DNA of 64,000 bases from an uncultured delta proteobacterium (GCA_963794325.1 CAWCDG010000004.1:864001-928000), one strand, 5' to 3'; positions 28,915-38,468 are shown, numbered from the stretch's first letter. Notes: generated by a model from the letters alone, not told the origin. Translations and numbers: made by a program.

Positions 28915-29496
28915 ATGGCATTCAAACTTCCCGAACTTCCGTACAGCCTGGATGCGCTCAAGCCTCACATTTCGTCGGAGACGCTCGAGTACCATCACGG
29001 CAAGCATCACAACGCCTACGTCACCAAGCTCAACGAGCTGATCGAGGGCACCAAATTCGCGAACGCATCGCTCGAAGAGATCGTCAAAACCGCGGAACCG
29101 GGGCCGATGCTCAACAACTCGGGACAGCACTGGAATCATTCCTTCTACTGGAAGTCGATGAGTCCCAAGGGCGGCGGCGAACCCAAGGGAGCGGTAGCTG
29201 ACGCGATCAAGAAAGGCTTTGGCGATTTCGCGGCGTTCAAGAAAAAATTCAGCGAGGCGGCGGCCGGCCACTTCGGGAGCGGATGGGCATGGCTGGTGCG
29301 CGCGAAGGACGGCTCCGTCCAGGTGATCTCGACCCATGATGCGGGATGCCCAATCCGCGAAGGTCAGACGCCGATTCTCACCTGCGACGTGTGGGAGCAT
29401 GCGTACTACATCGACTATCGCAACGCGCGCCCCAAGTACGTGGAAGCTTGGTGGAACCTGGTTAACTGGGACTTCGCCAACGAAAATCTGAAATAG
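28915..29496 (+). CDS. sodB: Superoxide dismutase, Fe-type
   Basis: HHGKHH, GQHWNHSFYW (Fe-type Gln position), FGSGWAW, DVWEHAYY. Confidence 0.93.
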   Translation: MAFKLPELPYSLDALKPHISSETLEYHHGKHHNAYVTKLNELIEGTKFANASLEEIVKTAEPGPMLNNSGQHWNHSFYWKSMSPKGGGEPKGAVADAIKKGFGDFAAFKKKFSEAAAGHFGSGWAWLVRAKDGSVQVISTHDAGCPIREGQTPILTCDVWEHAYYIDYRNARPKYVEAWWNLVNWDFANENLK

Positions 29497-29519
29497 GCGC
29501 GTTTGAGAGGGGAGAATCT

Positions 29520-29698
29520 AATGTGGGGCTGCGCGCCCCGCACCCTCGGCAGGGGTGACCCCTGCACCCAACAATTGGCACCCCACGGTTCTCCCACGAA
29601 ATAGTTCTAACAGGCCCGTCAGGCCGCATCTTCCCTTTTCTTAATACTGGGTGCAGGGGTCACCCCTGCCGAGGGCGTGGGGCGAGGAGCCCCACATT
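29520..29698. repeat. Inverted pair of ~51-bp palindromic repeats, family R2 (GCAGGGGTGACCCCTGCACCCA)
   Basis: 29520-29570 and 29648-29698 are near reverse complements; further partial copies at 38443-38468 and 56729-56755. Confidence 0.85.
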
Positions 29699-29713
29699 CA
29701 GAATAATCCTGCG

Positions 29714-30529
29714 CTAAATCTGCGCCGCTGCGGCTGGCGAGACGGCGGCGTGCCGGCGCGAGCGGTGGGGCATCGCCAGGCGGTCTGCGATGACGCGGTA
29801 TACGTCGGCGTTCAGACCCATTCCGACGTGACTGCCCATCACCTCGACGTTTTCAACCGTCAGCGTGCCGCTCAAATCGACGCAGCTCTCCCAGTGCACG
29901 ACGCCGTCGGTGCGCGAGTAAACGTGCGTGGTTGGGACGTCGGCGGGCGATTCGTCGCTCAACAACAGTCCGCACTGGCATTCCTCGCTCAGGCATCCGA
30001 CGGCCTTTCCGCGAATCGCGGCGACCGATCGGGCCACTGCCTGTACGGCGAGGTTGGCGTGGAGACGCGGCTGCCTGATTGGCGATCCGAGCGTGATCAC
30101 GCGCTCGACCATGTCGGGCTGCTCGCGCGCAATCTCGCGCGCGTAAACGCCGCCGAGGCTTTGTCCGATCACGACGACCGGTTGGTCGAATTTTTCGTGA
30201 GCGAGAGCGAGCCGCTCGTTCAATTTGCGCATCGTCTCGCGCGGGCATTCCGAGTTCGACAGGATGCCGGCGTAAACCGCGCGATGGCCGAGCCATCGGC
30301 AAAAATTCGCCAGCGGTGCGAGCGTCATGTCCCCGGCCATGAACCCCGGAATCAGCATGACGACCTTACTGTCGCGTGGACGTACCCGCGGCCACGGATG
30401 CGCCAGTGCGCCGAGCCAGTAGATGCTGGCTTCCAGTGGAACGCGTAACTCGCCTAAGGCGTCGAGCATCGAAGGTCTTTTTGGCTGTAAATTATTCCGT
30501 ATAGAAGTTTGCGCGATACTTGGAGTCAT
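29714..30529 (-). CDS. Alpha/beta hydrolase (lipase/esterase, PGAP1-like)
   Basis: LIPGF, GQSLGG nucleophile elbow, ITLGSP, YSRTDGVV, SHVGM. Confidence 0.88.
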   Translation of the reverse strand: MTPSIAQTSIRNNLQPKRPSMLDALGELRVPLEASIYWLGALAHPWPRVRPRDSKVVMLIPGFMAGDMTLAPLANFCRWLGHRAVYAGILSNSECPRETMRKLNERLALAHEKFDQPVVVIGQSLGGVYAREIAREQPDMVERVITLGSPIRQPRLHANLAVQAVARSVAAIRGKAVGCLSEECQCGLLLSDESPADVPTTHVYSRTDGVVHWESCVDLSGTLTVENVEVMGSHVGMGLNADVYRVIADRLAMPHRSRRHAAVSPAAAAQI

Positions 30530-30970
30530 CTGTCTCCTTTGTCGGCAGTCCGCGCGGGCATCGGCTCAAGCGACGGGCACATGCAGGGCGAAACCGCAGC
30601 CTCATCATCCCATGATCCCTCTGGATCAAACATAATCATCCTTTAACCATCCATTCAAGCATCTCTAATGCATCCTCTGATGATTTCGTAGGCATCGGTG
30701 CCGTACGGCGCGAAATGACCTGCGCATTAAGGCAGCAATTGCACCCATAAGAACGAAGATTCTTACGGAACCTCGTAAACTCTTCGTTTTATTTTCGGGC
30801 AATCACGAGGCGAAGATTTTCGATGCGTAGGAGAATCTGCCGCCATTTTGGCCAAGGGACTTGCCGAATCCGTGGGCAAGAATTACCTGAACGAAATTGG
30901 AGTGTTCTTAACGCTGGACGGTTTGCTAACGTAGCCGCCGCAACATCTCAAAACTCTTCAGAGGTACAAA

Positions 30971-31957
30971 ATGGAATTTGGAGTTCAGCTCGGCGGCCTG
31001 GAACCTGCCCAGTATCGCGCGCACGCTCAAACCGCGGAGGCCCTTGGCTACGACCTGATTGTCTTCCCCGACCATCTCGTCAACGAGGGTCCGGATAAAC
31101 AACTCGACGTCAAATCGCGGGCCTTCGACCATATCGTGATGGCCGCCTCCGTGATCGAGGCGACCAAAAAGATTCGCGTCGGACACCTGGTGTTATGCAA
31201 CTTGTTTCGTCATCCGTCGATCACGGCGCAGACCCTCATGACGCTCGATCAGCTGAGCGGCGGCCGGCTCGTCGCGGGTCTCGGATCGGGATGGACCGAG
31301 ACGGAATTCAAGATGAGCGGGATACCGTTCCCACCGATCACCGAGCGTCTGCGGATGCTCGACGAAGCGATCGCGGTAATCCTGTCACTATGGAAAAACG
31401 AGCGAACGACCTTCGACGGTGAGTTCTATCATCTCAAGGATGCGATCCTGTGGCCTAAGCCTGTGCAGCAGCCGCATCCGCCGATCATCCTGGGCGGAGG
31501 TGGCAAAGGCCTGCTGCGGATCGCGGCAAAGTACGCTGACTACATCAACATAATTCCCGAGGCGGGCAAGCGCGGCCACATCTCGATGGAAGTCGTGAAG
31601 CACACGACCGACCAATCGTTCCGCGAAAAGGTCAGCTTCGTGCGCGACGAAGCCAAGAAGCTCGGGCGCAAGCCGGACGCGGTGAAAGTCAGCAACTTCG
31701 TTTTCATGACCGTGATATCTGAGTCGAAGGAAGCGACGCGCAAAACTGCCGAGATGATGGCGCCGATGTTCCAGCAGACCGCCGACGAGATGCTCGCATC
31801 GCCGGTGATCCTGATTGGCACGCCCGAGGAATGCATCGTCGAGCTGAAGCGGCGCGCGAAGGATTGGGGCACGTCACAGATGATTTTCACCGGCGAAGTC
31901 GGGCAGAACGAAAAGCTGATGCGCGATCTGTACGAAAAAGTCCTCGCGCACGTGTGA
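30971..31957 (+). CDS. LLM-class (probably F420-dependent) oxidoreductase
   Basis: PDHL, TLDQLSGGRLVAGLGSGW, PKPVQQPHPPIILGG. Confidence 0.9.
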   Translation: MEFGVQLGGLEPAQYRAHAQTAEALGYDLIVFPDHLVNEGPDKQLDVKSRAFDHIVMAASVIEATKKIRVGHLVLCNLFRHPSITAQTLMTLDQLSGGRLVAGLGSGWTETEFKMSGIPFPPITERLRMLDEAIAVILSLWKNERTTFDGEFYHLKDAILWPKPVQQPHPPIILGGGGKGLLRIAAKYADYINIIPEAGKRGHISMEVVKHTTDQSFREKVSFVRDEAKKLGRKPDAVKVSNFVFMTVISESKEATRKTAEMMAPMFQQTADEMLASPVILIGTPEECIVELKRRAKDWGTSQMIFTGEVGQNEKLMRDLYEKVLAHV

Positions 31958-31980
31958 ACGCCAGGAAGGGGGGAACTGCC

Positions 31981-32349
31981 ATGGAATTTTCAGTCTGCAT
32001 CGACGTTGACGACGTGGATCGCGCGGTTGAGTTTTATGGGCGCGGTCTCGGCCTGACGGTTGTCGATCACGAACCTGATTGGGCGCAAGTAAAACTCGGC
32101 GATCAAACCTTCTGGATCATGAAGGCTCCGGCAGGGGTGCAGGGACAAATCTCGCGCGACTACCGGCGGCACTGGACGCCGGTGCATCTTGATTTCGCGG
32201 TCGACGATATCGAAGCGGCGGTTAGGCGCGCCGTGGATGCGGGCGGCAAGCTCGAAGGCGAAATTCAGCGGAGCGCCAAGGGAGCTTTGGCGAACATGGT
32301 GGACCCGTCAGGCAACGGAGTTGATTTGTTCTGCAGCGCGAAAAAATAG
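31981..32349 (+). CDS. VOC/glyoxalase family protein
   Basis: IDVDDVDRAVEFY...RHWTPVHLDF...DPSGN. Confidence 0.85.
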   Translation: MEFSVCIDVDDVDRAVEFYGRGLGLTVVDHEPDWAQVKLGDQTFWIMKAPAGVQGQISRDYRRHWTPVHLDFAVDDIEAAVRRAVDAGGKLEGEIQRSAKGALANMVDPSGNGVDLFCSAKK

Positions 32350-32357
32350 TTGCTGGC

Positions 32358-34301
32358 ATGGATGCGCACTCGGGGGATTCGACGCTCCGGGAAGACGCAA
32401 TCGAAGCAGAAGCGGGTCGATACCGCGTTCTGCGCCGCTGGCCGCCGCAGGTGGTCCTGCTGGTCACGTTCGCGTGCTTCTACTTCGCAATCGGTCCCGG
32501 CAATTTCTTCGCAGTCGATGAGGTGATGGAAGAGGAGACCGCGCAGGCGCTTGTCCTCAGGCACACGTTCGACATCCCGGTGATGGTGGATGCGCGGTAC
32601 GGCCTCGGGCGGAACTGGTACACGGTAAAGGGACCGGGCTTGCCGCTGGCCTCGCTTCCATTTGTATATCTCGGACTCAAGCTCGACGACGCGCTTGGCT
32701 CGATGAACGGTGGCCAGCTGGCGGGGCCTCCGATCGGGCCGCAGGTGCAACCGCTGCGCTGGAGCGGACGGCTGGCAATCTCGACGTCGCTGATCGTCAA
32801 CGCGATCGCGGGCGGCGCGATCGTCGCAGTCCTGTTCATGGTCGGCGCGCAGCTTTCGCCGAATCGACGCGCCGCAATGTTGATGGCGATAGCGGCGGGA
32901 CTCGCGACCCTGGTCATGTCGGAGGCGACGCACTTCTATCAGCACGAGTTGGATGCGCTGATGGTAATCCTCGCGTTCTGGTTTTTTTCACGACAGAAAG
33001 CCGAAGAGATCGACAGCGCGGCATTGTTCGGAGGCGCGAGTCTTGGAGTCGCGATATTGGCGCGTCCCGACGCGGCTGCCGCTGCGGTCATTATATGGCT
33101 CTACGGCGCGGTTGTGGCATGGAAGCTGGTTCGGGATTTGCCCGATCGATCGTCGCGAACGATACGTCGAACTTTGCTCGCCGCGGCAGGCCCGGTCTGC
33201 GCAGTGGCCAGCTCGATGTACTTCAACTACCTGAGATTCGGGAGCGCTCTTCAGTCTGGCTACACCGAGGATCGGGCGCGCTTCGTACTCGACGCGGTCC
33301 AGATAGCCAAAGCGATCGCCGGCTATCTTCTCAGCCCCGGGCTCAGTGTCTTCGTATTCGCTCCGCCGCTGATTCTGGTCCTGGCGATGGGCCGCCGGGC
33401 CTACCGCCGCTGGCCGTTAGAGACCGCGACGCTAGTCCTCGCCGGGCTGGCGCATCTGTTGTTGATTTCGTCCTGGAAGACCTGGAGCGGCGATTTGTCG
33501 TTCGGACCGAGGTACATGCTCGAGTCGATTGTGTTGCTGATGCCGCTGACACTGCCGGCATTCGAGATGGCCGTCGATCGCGCGTCGATGCGGGCTGCGA
33601 TCGCGGTCGCCGCGCTCATGTTCGTGGGATTCGCGGTGCAGCTTATCGGCGTCTCCGTGAGAGTTGATGCTATCGAGGTTAAGCGTATTGCCGCCGGAAA
33701 TGTGGCCAACAACGCATGGGTGTTCGTTACGGGCACGTCACCGATTGTCTCAGATCTTCAAGACCTGGCCGCCCGCCGCTATTTCAGCCCGTGGGCAATC
33801 CGAGCGCTGGCAATTCCCGACTTCGCGCTTCTGCTGCTGATTGTCCTGGTTGCGATCGTGATGTTCGGCGGTTGGCTGATATTCCGCTACTTCAGGACGC
33901 CCGACGCCGATACTGCAAACCTGCGCTCGCGCGCACTTCCGATAACCGTCGTGATGGCCGCGCTAGCGCCGATTTTGATTGGGCTGGCAATCTCGCGCCC
34001 GCTGAAACAAACGCCCAGCATCCACGGACTCGCGTTGCTGAACGACGGTCTCGCGGAGCAGCGGGCTGGACACGCAGTGTCCGCGGAAGAAGATTACGCG
34101 ATGGTGCTGACACTCTATCCGGCGAATAAATTCGCCTTGTTTAATATGGGCGTCCTGCAACAGGACGCGGGCCATATCGACGATGCGATAGTCCTCTATC
34201 AGCGCGCGCTGCGGGAGGATCCGAACTTCTTTCCCGCCAAACACAACCTGGAATATATCATGCACACGTACTTCGGATTTCCAAATCTGCATCCACGCTG
34301 A
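32358..34301 (+). CDS. Polytopic membrane protein, GT-C glycosyltransferase-like, with C-terminal TPR
   Basis: Many TM segments, VDE after TM1, LARP, WSGDLSFGPRYM; TPR motif ALFNMGVL...YQRALREDPNF. Confidence 0.7.
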   Translation: MDAHSGDSTLREDAIEAEAGRYRVLRRWPPQVVLLVTFACFYFAIGPGNFFAVDEVMEEETAQALVLRHTFDIPVMVDARYGLGRNWYTVKGPGLPLASLPFVYLGLKLDDALGSMNGGQLAGPPIGPQVQPLRWSGRLAISTSLIVNAIAGGAIVAVLFMVGAQLSPNRRAAMLMAIAAGLATLVMSEATHFYQHELDALMVILAFWFFSRQKAEEIDSAALFGGASLGVAILARPDAAAAAVIIWLYGAVVAWKLVRDLPDRSSRTIRRTLLAAAGPVCAVASSMYFNYLRFGSALQSGYTEDRARFVLDAVQIAKAIAGYLLSPGLSVFVFAPPLILVLAMGRRAYRRWPLETATLVLAGLAHLLLISSWKTWSGDLSFGPRYMLESIVLLMPLTLPAFEMAVDRASMRAAIAVAALMFVGFAVQLIGVSVRVDAIEVKRIAAGNVANNAWVFVTGTSPIVSDLQDLAARRYFSPWAIRALAIPDFALLLLIVLVAIVMFGGWLIFRYFRTPDADTANLRSRALPITVVMAALAPILIGLAISRPLKQTPSIHGLALLNDGLAEQRAGHAVSAEEDYAMVLTLYPANKFALFNMGVLQQDAGHIDDAIVLYQRALREDPNFFPAKHNLEYIMHTYFGFPNLHPR

Positions 34302-34311
34302 TGTTCCCAGT

Positions 34312-34818
34312 CTAGAGCACTGCGGATTGCGGCGTCGTCGGGACTGGCTTCTCGTGATGCCGCGTGTGCCTGCCATGCGCGCCCAGTTGCAGCACGAGCA
34401 CCAGCATCATCGCGGCGAGGCAGTAGATGTGATCCTTGTAGATGGCGCGGGCGAGACGGCTCTGCTCTTCGGGTGAGTCCGACGCCTTCCCTAATCGCGA
34501 TGCGTTCGGAATCGTCCGCACACGCGCCAACCCGATCGCGCTGGCGGCGGCTAGCAGCGAGATCCATTCGATCCACCAATGATACCTGCCGAACACGATC
34601 TCCAGGATGATTACTAACAACGTCAGCAGCATCACCACTGCGATCAGCCGGTTCATCGGATATGCTTCCCGCGTGACGCGCCGGTAGTATCCCGAGATCG
34701 ACGCGAGTGCATTTGCCGGAACCTCGCCGTAGTGCCCTCGCACCTGCACGTCGAACATGAGATCGAACCAGAGTACGCAGATTAGAAATGCGGCCCCGGC
34801 CGCAGCGAATGTATGCAT
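34312..34818 (-). CDS. Hypothetical membrane protein
   Basis: About 4 hydrophobic segments; LWFDLMFDVQV...ISGYYRRVT; starts 1 bp after the Rrf2 stop. Confidence 0.7.
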   Translation of the reverse strand: MHTFAAAGAAFLICVLWFDLMFDVQVRGHYGEVPANALASISGYYRRVTREAYPMNRLIAVVMLLTLLVIILEIVFGRYHWWIEWISLLAAASAIGLARVRTIPNASRLGKASDSPEEQSRLARAIYKDHIYCLAAMMLVLVLQLGAHGRHTRHHEKPVPTTPQSAVL

Positions 34819-34819
34819 A

Positions 34820-35254
34820 TTAGATACTGTAGTTGATTGCGTGCCGGCGCTTTTCGGACAGCGCTTGCAGGGTTACGCCGCGCAGGATGCCGTTGACGCT
34901 ATCGCGCACCTCGCGCCACACGTCGCGCATCGCGCACGGCGTCTCGCGCGGGCAGGTTGACGAACTTTCCTCCAGGCATTCCACCGGCGTGTAGTCGCCC
35001 TCGATTACCTCGACGACATCCGCCATCGTGATTCGTGCTGGCGGGCGGGCCAGCATGTATCCACCGCTTGGCCCCTTCTGGCTCGCGACCAGGCCGCCGC
35101 GCTTGAGCTCGATCAGCAACCGGCGCAGGTAGTTTTCGGGGATGTCCTGGGTGTCGGCTATCTCCTCGACTCGTACCGGCGAACTGGTAGGATAGCGCTC
35201 CGCCAGCAGGAGGAGGGCCTTCAAAGAGTAATCAACGCCGACGCCAAACTTCAT
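34820..35254 (-). CDS. Rrf2-family regulator with three C-terminal Cys (IscR/NsrR-like)
   Basis: IPENYLRRLL...SQKGPSGGYMLARP; C-x7-C-x5-C. Confidence 0.92.
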   Translation of the reverse strand: MKFGVGVDYSLKALLLLAERYPTSSPVRVEEIADTQDIPENYLRRLLIELKRGGLVASQKGPSGGYMLARPPARITMADVVEVIEGDYTPVECLEESSSTCPRETPCAMRDVWREVRDSVNGILRGVTLQALSEKRRHAINYSI

Positions 35255-35385
35255 TGTTTTTAGAATTTTCCCGCTTAAACGTAGCATGATCCGTCAATAG
35301 TTGGAATAGGCGACCGGCTTTGTCATCTACTTAATTGACTAAGTTACTCACCTAAGTTACTTTCTAAATTCGCAGGGAAGCCATC

Positions 35386-37005
35386 GTGCCGAAGAGAGAA
35401 CCGCAATCGTGGGAAATGGTGCTGAAGCGCAATTCGGTCGAGCGCCTCAAGCATGAGCTTTTTCCCACCGATCTGACCGGTCAATGGGAGCGGCTGGTCG
35501 AAACCTCGTACGAAAAACTCCCCGAGGAAGACATCGTGCGGCTCCAGTGGTTCGGCATGTACCACGACAAGCCGAAGATCGGCACCTTCATGATGCGGAT
35601 CAAAATCCCCAGCGGCATCCTCAGCGCCGAGGGGCTCCGCGCGATCGGTGAAATCTCCGAAGCTTACGGGCGCGACCAGGGCGAGCTGACCACCCGCCAG
35701 AATATCCAGCTCCACTACATCACGCTCGACAAGTTTCCCCAGATTCTCGAGAAGCTGAAGGGCTGTGGGCTGACGACGATGGGCGGATGCGGCGACGTCG
35801 TGCGTAATATCACGGGATGCCCGGTGGCGGGCGTCGATCCCGATGAAGTTTTCGACGTGACTCCGCTGATTGCCGAGACTGCGGGATTTTTTTACGGCAA
35901 TCGCGAGTACTCGGATTTGCCGCGCAAGCACAAAATTTCGATCGCCGCTTGCCAGTATCAGTGCAATGCGCCCGAGATAAACTGCGTCTCGCTGATAGCG
36001 ATGCTGAAAGATGGGCGCGAGGGCTTTGCGGTGCGCGTCGGCGGCGGGCAATCCTCGACGCCGCGACTGTCGCGACACCTCGGCGTATTCATCACGCGCG
36101 ATCAGGCGATGCCCGTGATGCGCGCAATTATCGACGTATGGCAGGGCACCACCGAGTACCGGATGTCGCGGGTCAAGGCGCGCCTCAAATTCATGATCGA
36201 CGACTACGGCGTCGAGGAATTTCGCAAGCTGGTCGAAGCGAAGCTCGGCTTTGCACTGGAGAGTCTCGCCGAGATGCCGCTTCCCGAGACTGAAAGCGAT
36301 CATATGGGCATCCACGAGCAGAGGCAGCCCGGCCTGAACTACGTCGGCTTCCCGGTTTACCTCGGGCTGATGAGTGGGCGGCAAATGCGCGAGCTTGCGG
36401 CGCTGACCGCGTCATTCGGCGGCGATATCCGGCTTACGCGGCGGCAGAATTTTATAATCACCGGAATTCCGACCGCGCAACTCGACGACGTGATCGCGCA
36501 AGTCGGCGCGATTGGATTTCCGCTGGAAGCGAACGGCCTGTATGCCTCGTCGATCGGATGTATCGGCGATCCGCATTGCAACTACGCCGTGACTCCCACC
36601 AAGACCAAGCTCGCCACTATTATCGAGCGACTGGTGAATCAGTTCGGCGATCAGGTCGGCGGCCTCAAGCTGAATCTCGACGGATGCCCGCATGCGTGCG
36701 CACAGCATTGGACCGGCGACATCGGATTGCAGGGCACTACCAGTCGCGGGCCGGCGGGCGAGCCGCTCGAGGCGTTCGACATTATATTGCGCGGCGGGCT
36801 CGGCAAGGACGCCGCCATCGGCAAGCCCATCGTTCGCAGGGTGCCGTCGCCGCTGGTTGAAGATTACGTGTCGCGGCTGTTTGCGAATTACCTCGAACGG
36901 CGCGAGTCTGACGAGACGTTTTCGCATTTTTGCGTGCGCACGCCGGATGCCGAATTGATTTCGATCGCGAGTGGAAACGCAACCGGCGCCGACGCCGCCG
37001 CCTGA
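35386..37005 (+). CDS. sir: Ferredoxin-dependent sulfite (nitrite/sulfite) reductase
   Basis: TTRQNIQ, LPRKHKI, CIGDPHC...GCPHAC siroheme/4Fe-4S ligands; directly upstream of cysH. Confidence 0.88.
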   Translation: MPKREPQSWEMVLKRNSVERLKHELFPTDLTGQWERLVETSYEKLPEEDIVRLQWFGMYHDKPKIGTFMMRIKIPSGILSAEGLRAIGEISEAYGRDQGELTTRQNIQLHYITLDKFPQILEKLKGCGLTTMGGCGDVVRNITGCPVAGVDPDEVFDVTPLIAETAGFFYGNREYSDLPRKHKISIAACQYQCNAPEINCVSLIAMLKDGREGFAVRVGGGQSSTPRLSRHLGVFITRDQAMPVMRAIIDVWQGTTEYRMSRVKARLKFMIDDYGVEEFRKLVEAKLGFALESLAEMPLPETESDHMGIHEQRQPGLNYVGFPVYLGLMSGRQMRELAALTASFGGDIRLTRRQNFIITGIPTAQLDDVIAQVGAIGFPLEANGLYASSIGCIGDPHCNYAVTPTKTKLATIIERLVNQFGDQVGGLKLNLDGCPHACAQHWTGDIGLQGTTSRGPAGEPLEAFDIILRGGLGKDAAIGKPIVRRVPSPLVEDYVSRLFANYLERRESDETFSHFCVRTPDAELISIASGNATGADAAA

Positions 37006-37034
37006 ACCGGGGTATCGCGCCCAAGGATTTCGTC

Positions 37035-37868
37035 ATGGCTGCTGGAACCCAATTCAACGAAGAACTCGAAAGGCCCGAGTTGAATCTGCTCATGGATGAA
37101 CTCGAGGCCGGCGAAGCCAGTGTCGAGCTCGACGACAAGGAGCCGCAGGAAGTCCTTGCATGGGCAATTGAGAGGTTCGGCAGAGAGCTGGCGATTTGCT
37201 GCAGCTTCCAGGCTGACGGCTGCGCGCTGATTGACATGGCGCATAAGATCGATCCGCGCATCCGCGTGTTTACGATCGACACTGGCAGGATGCCGCAAGA
37301 GACCTACGACGTAATCGATAAGTATCGCACGCGCTACGGGATCAACGTCGAAGTATTCATGCCCGACACCGCAGTCGTGCAGCAGATGGTTACCAAGCAC
37401 GGCAACAATCTATTCTACAACGACGTCAACCTGCGGCTCCTTTGCTGTCAGGTGCGTAAAGTCCTGCCATTGCGCCGCGCGCTGATGAACTACAGCGCAT
37501 GGGTGACCGGACTTAGGCGCGACCAATGGGCGACACGCTCCAATATCCGCAAAATCGAAATCGATCACGACCACGGCGGCATCGTAAAGCTCGCGCCGCT
37601 GGCCGACTGGACCGAGGAAGAGGTCTGGAATTACATCCGCGCCAACGACGTGCCCTATAACGAGCTGTACGACAAAGGCTATAAGTCCATCGGATGTGCG
37701 CCATGCACGCGTGCCGTGGCTGAGGGTCAGGATCCTCGCGCGGGCAGATGGTGGTGGGAGACCGGCGCGCCTAAGGAGTGCGGGATGCATTGCGCGATCG
37801 AGACCGGCGGCTTCGAGCACGAACTGGCGTCGCTGCTACGCCAGGACGACGGCGGCACCAAGTCCTAG
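37035..37868 (+). CDS. cysH: APS/PAPS reductase (Fe-S type)
   Basis: IDTG, CCQVRKV, TGLRRDQ, SIGCAPCT, RAGRWWWE, KECGMH. Confidence 0.94.
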   Translation: MAAGTQFNEELERPELNLLMDELEAGEASVELDDKEPQEVLAWAIERFGRELAICCSFQADGCALIDMAHKIDPRIRVFTIDTGRMPQETYDVIDKYRTRYGINVEVFMPDTAVVQQMVTKHGNNLFYNDVNLRLLCCQVRKVLPLRRALMNYSAWVTGLRRDQWATRSNIRKIEIDHDHGGIVKLAPLADWTEEEVWNYIRANDVPYNELYDKGYKSIGCAPCTRAVAEGQDPRAGRWWWETGAPKECGMHCAIETGGFEHELASLLRQDDGGTKS

Positions 37869-37875
37869 GACTCCG

Positions 37876-38370
37876 ATGGCGAGCGACGAGAAGCCCAAGC
37901 CGGGCGAATCGATAACGCTCGACACTCTCCAGCGCGACATCCTGGTTCCTCAGATTCAGGCATTCCTCGAAGCTACCAGCGATCCGCAAGCGCGCGAGGT
38001 CTACCTAGCACTCAAAACATCAATTGAGTCGCTGGAAGTACCGCAAGACCTACAGCTGAGACTAGGCGCGATCGTAGAGGTAGCCCTAACCAGCGGCCGA
38101 GTAAGACGTCTATTCGGCCCCGCCGCAGAGCTATCGCTCAACTCTCTATTCACGAAGACTCCGCGAGGCCGCGAAGTAGCCCAATCACTAGCCGAACTGA
38201 ATAAGGCTCTATCGACACTAAAAGGCCAAACCGTCGAGCAGATAATCTCGACGCAAAGAAGCCCAGGCGCTTACGCACTTACGCTAAAAACCAGCAACTG
38301 CCAGATAGTAATCAGGTTCGAGCAGGCAGGTGTCCGAGTAGAAAGCTTGGAAGTAGACCTAGACCACTAA
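37876..38370 (+). CDS. Hypothetical protein, third gene of the sir-cysH operon
   Basis: 164 aa ORF starting 7 bp after cysH with an AGGA SD; protein-like composition; anomalous codon usage (see findings). Confidence 0.75.
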   Translation: MASDEKPKPGESITLDTLQRDILVPQIQAFLEATSDPQAREVYLALKTSIESLEVPQDLQLRLGAIVEVALTSGRVRRLFGPAAELSLNSLFTKTPRGREVAQSLAELNKALSTLKGQTVEQIISTQRSPGAYALTLKTSNCQIVIRFEQAGVRVESLEVDLDH

Positions 38371-38392
38371 CCTTAGTCCGACACGAAAGCCG

Positions 38393-38468
38393 TCCTGGCC
38401 TCTCTCTATCAGGGAGAGGCCAGGAGAGCGATTTTGCGATTGATACTGGGTCAAGGGGTCACCCCTTG
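38393..38468. repeat. Composite: R1-like hairpin (38393-38425) and R2 copy (38443-38468)
   Basis: TCCTGGCCTCTC/GAGAGGCCAGGA stem; ATACTGGGTCAAGGGGTCACCCCTTG resembles 29644-29669. Confidence 0.65.

Noticed and set aside
29415-29700. ORFs starting MQGSPLP (29651, 56750) and the related 29415-29597 ORF
   Set aside because: These are translations of the R2 repeat, not genes.
37876-38370. Diversity-generating retroelement target
   Set aside because: No reverse transcriptase or template repeat in the window; the bias is toward A at synonymous sites, opposite to DGR A-to-N mutagenesis.
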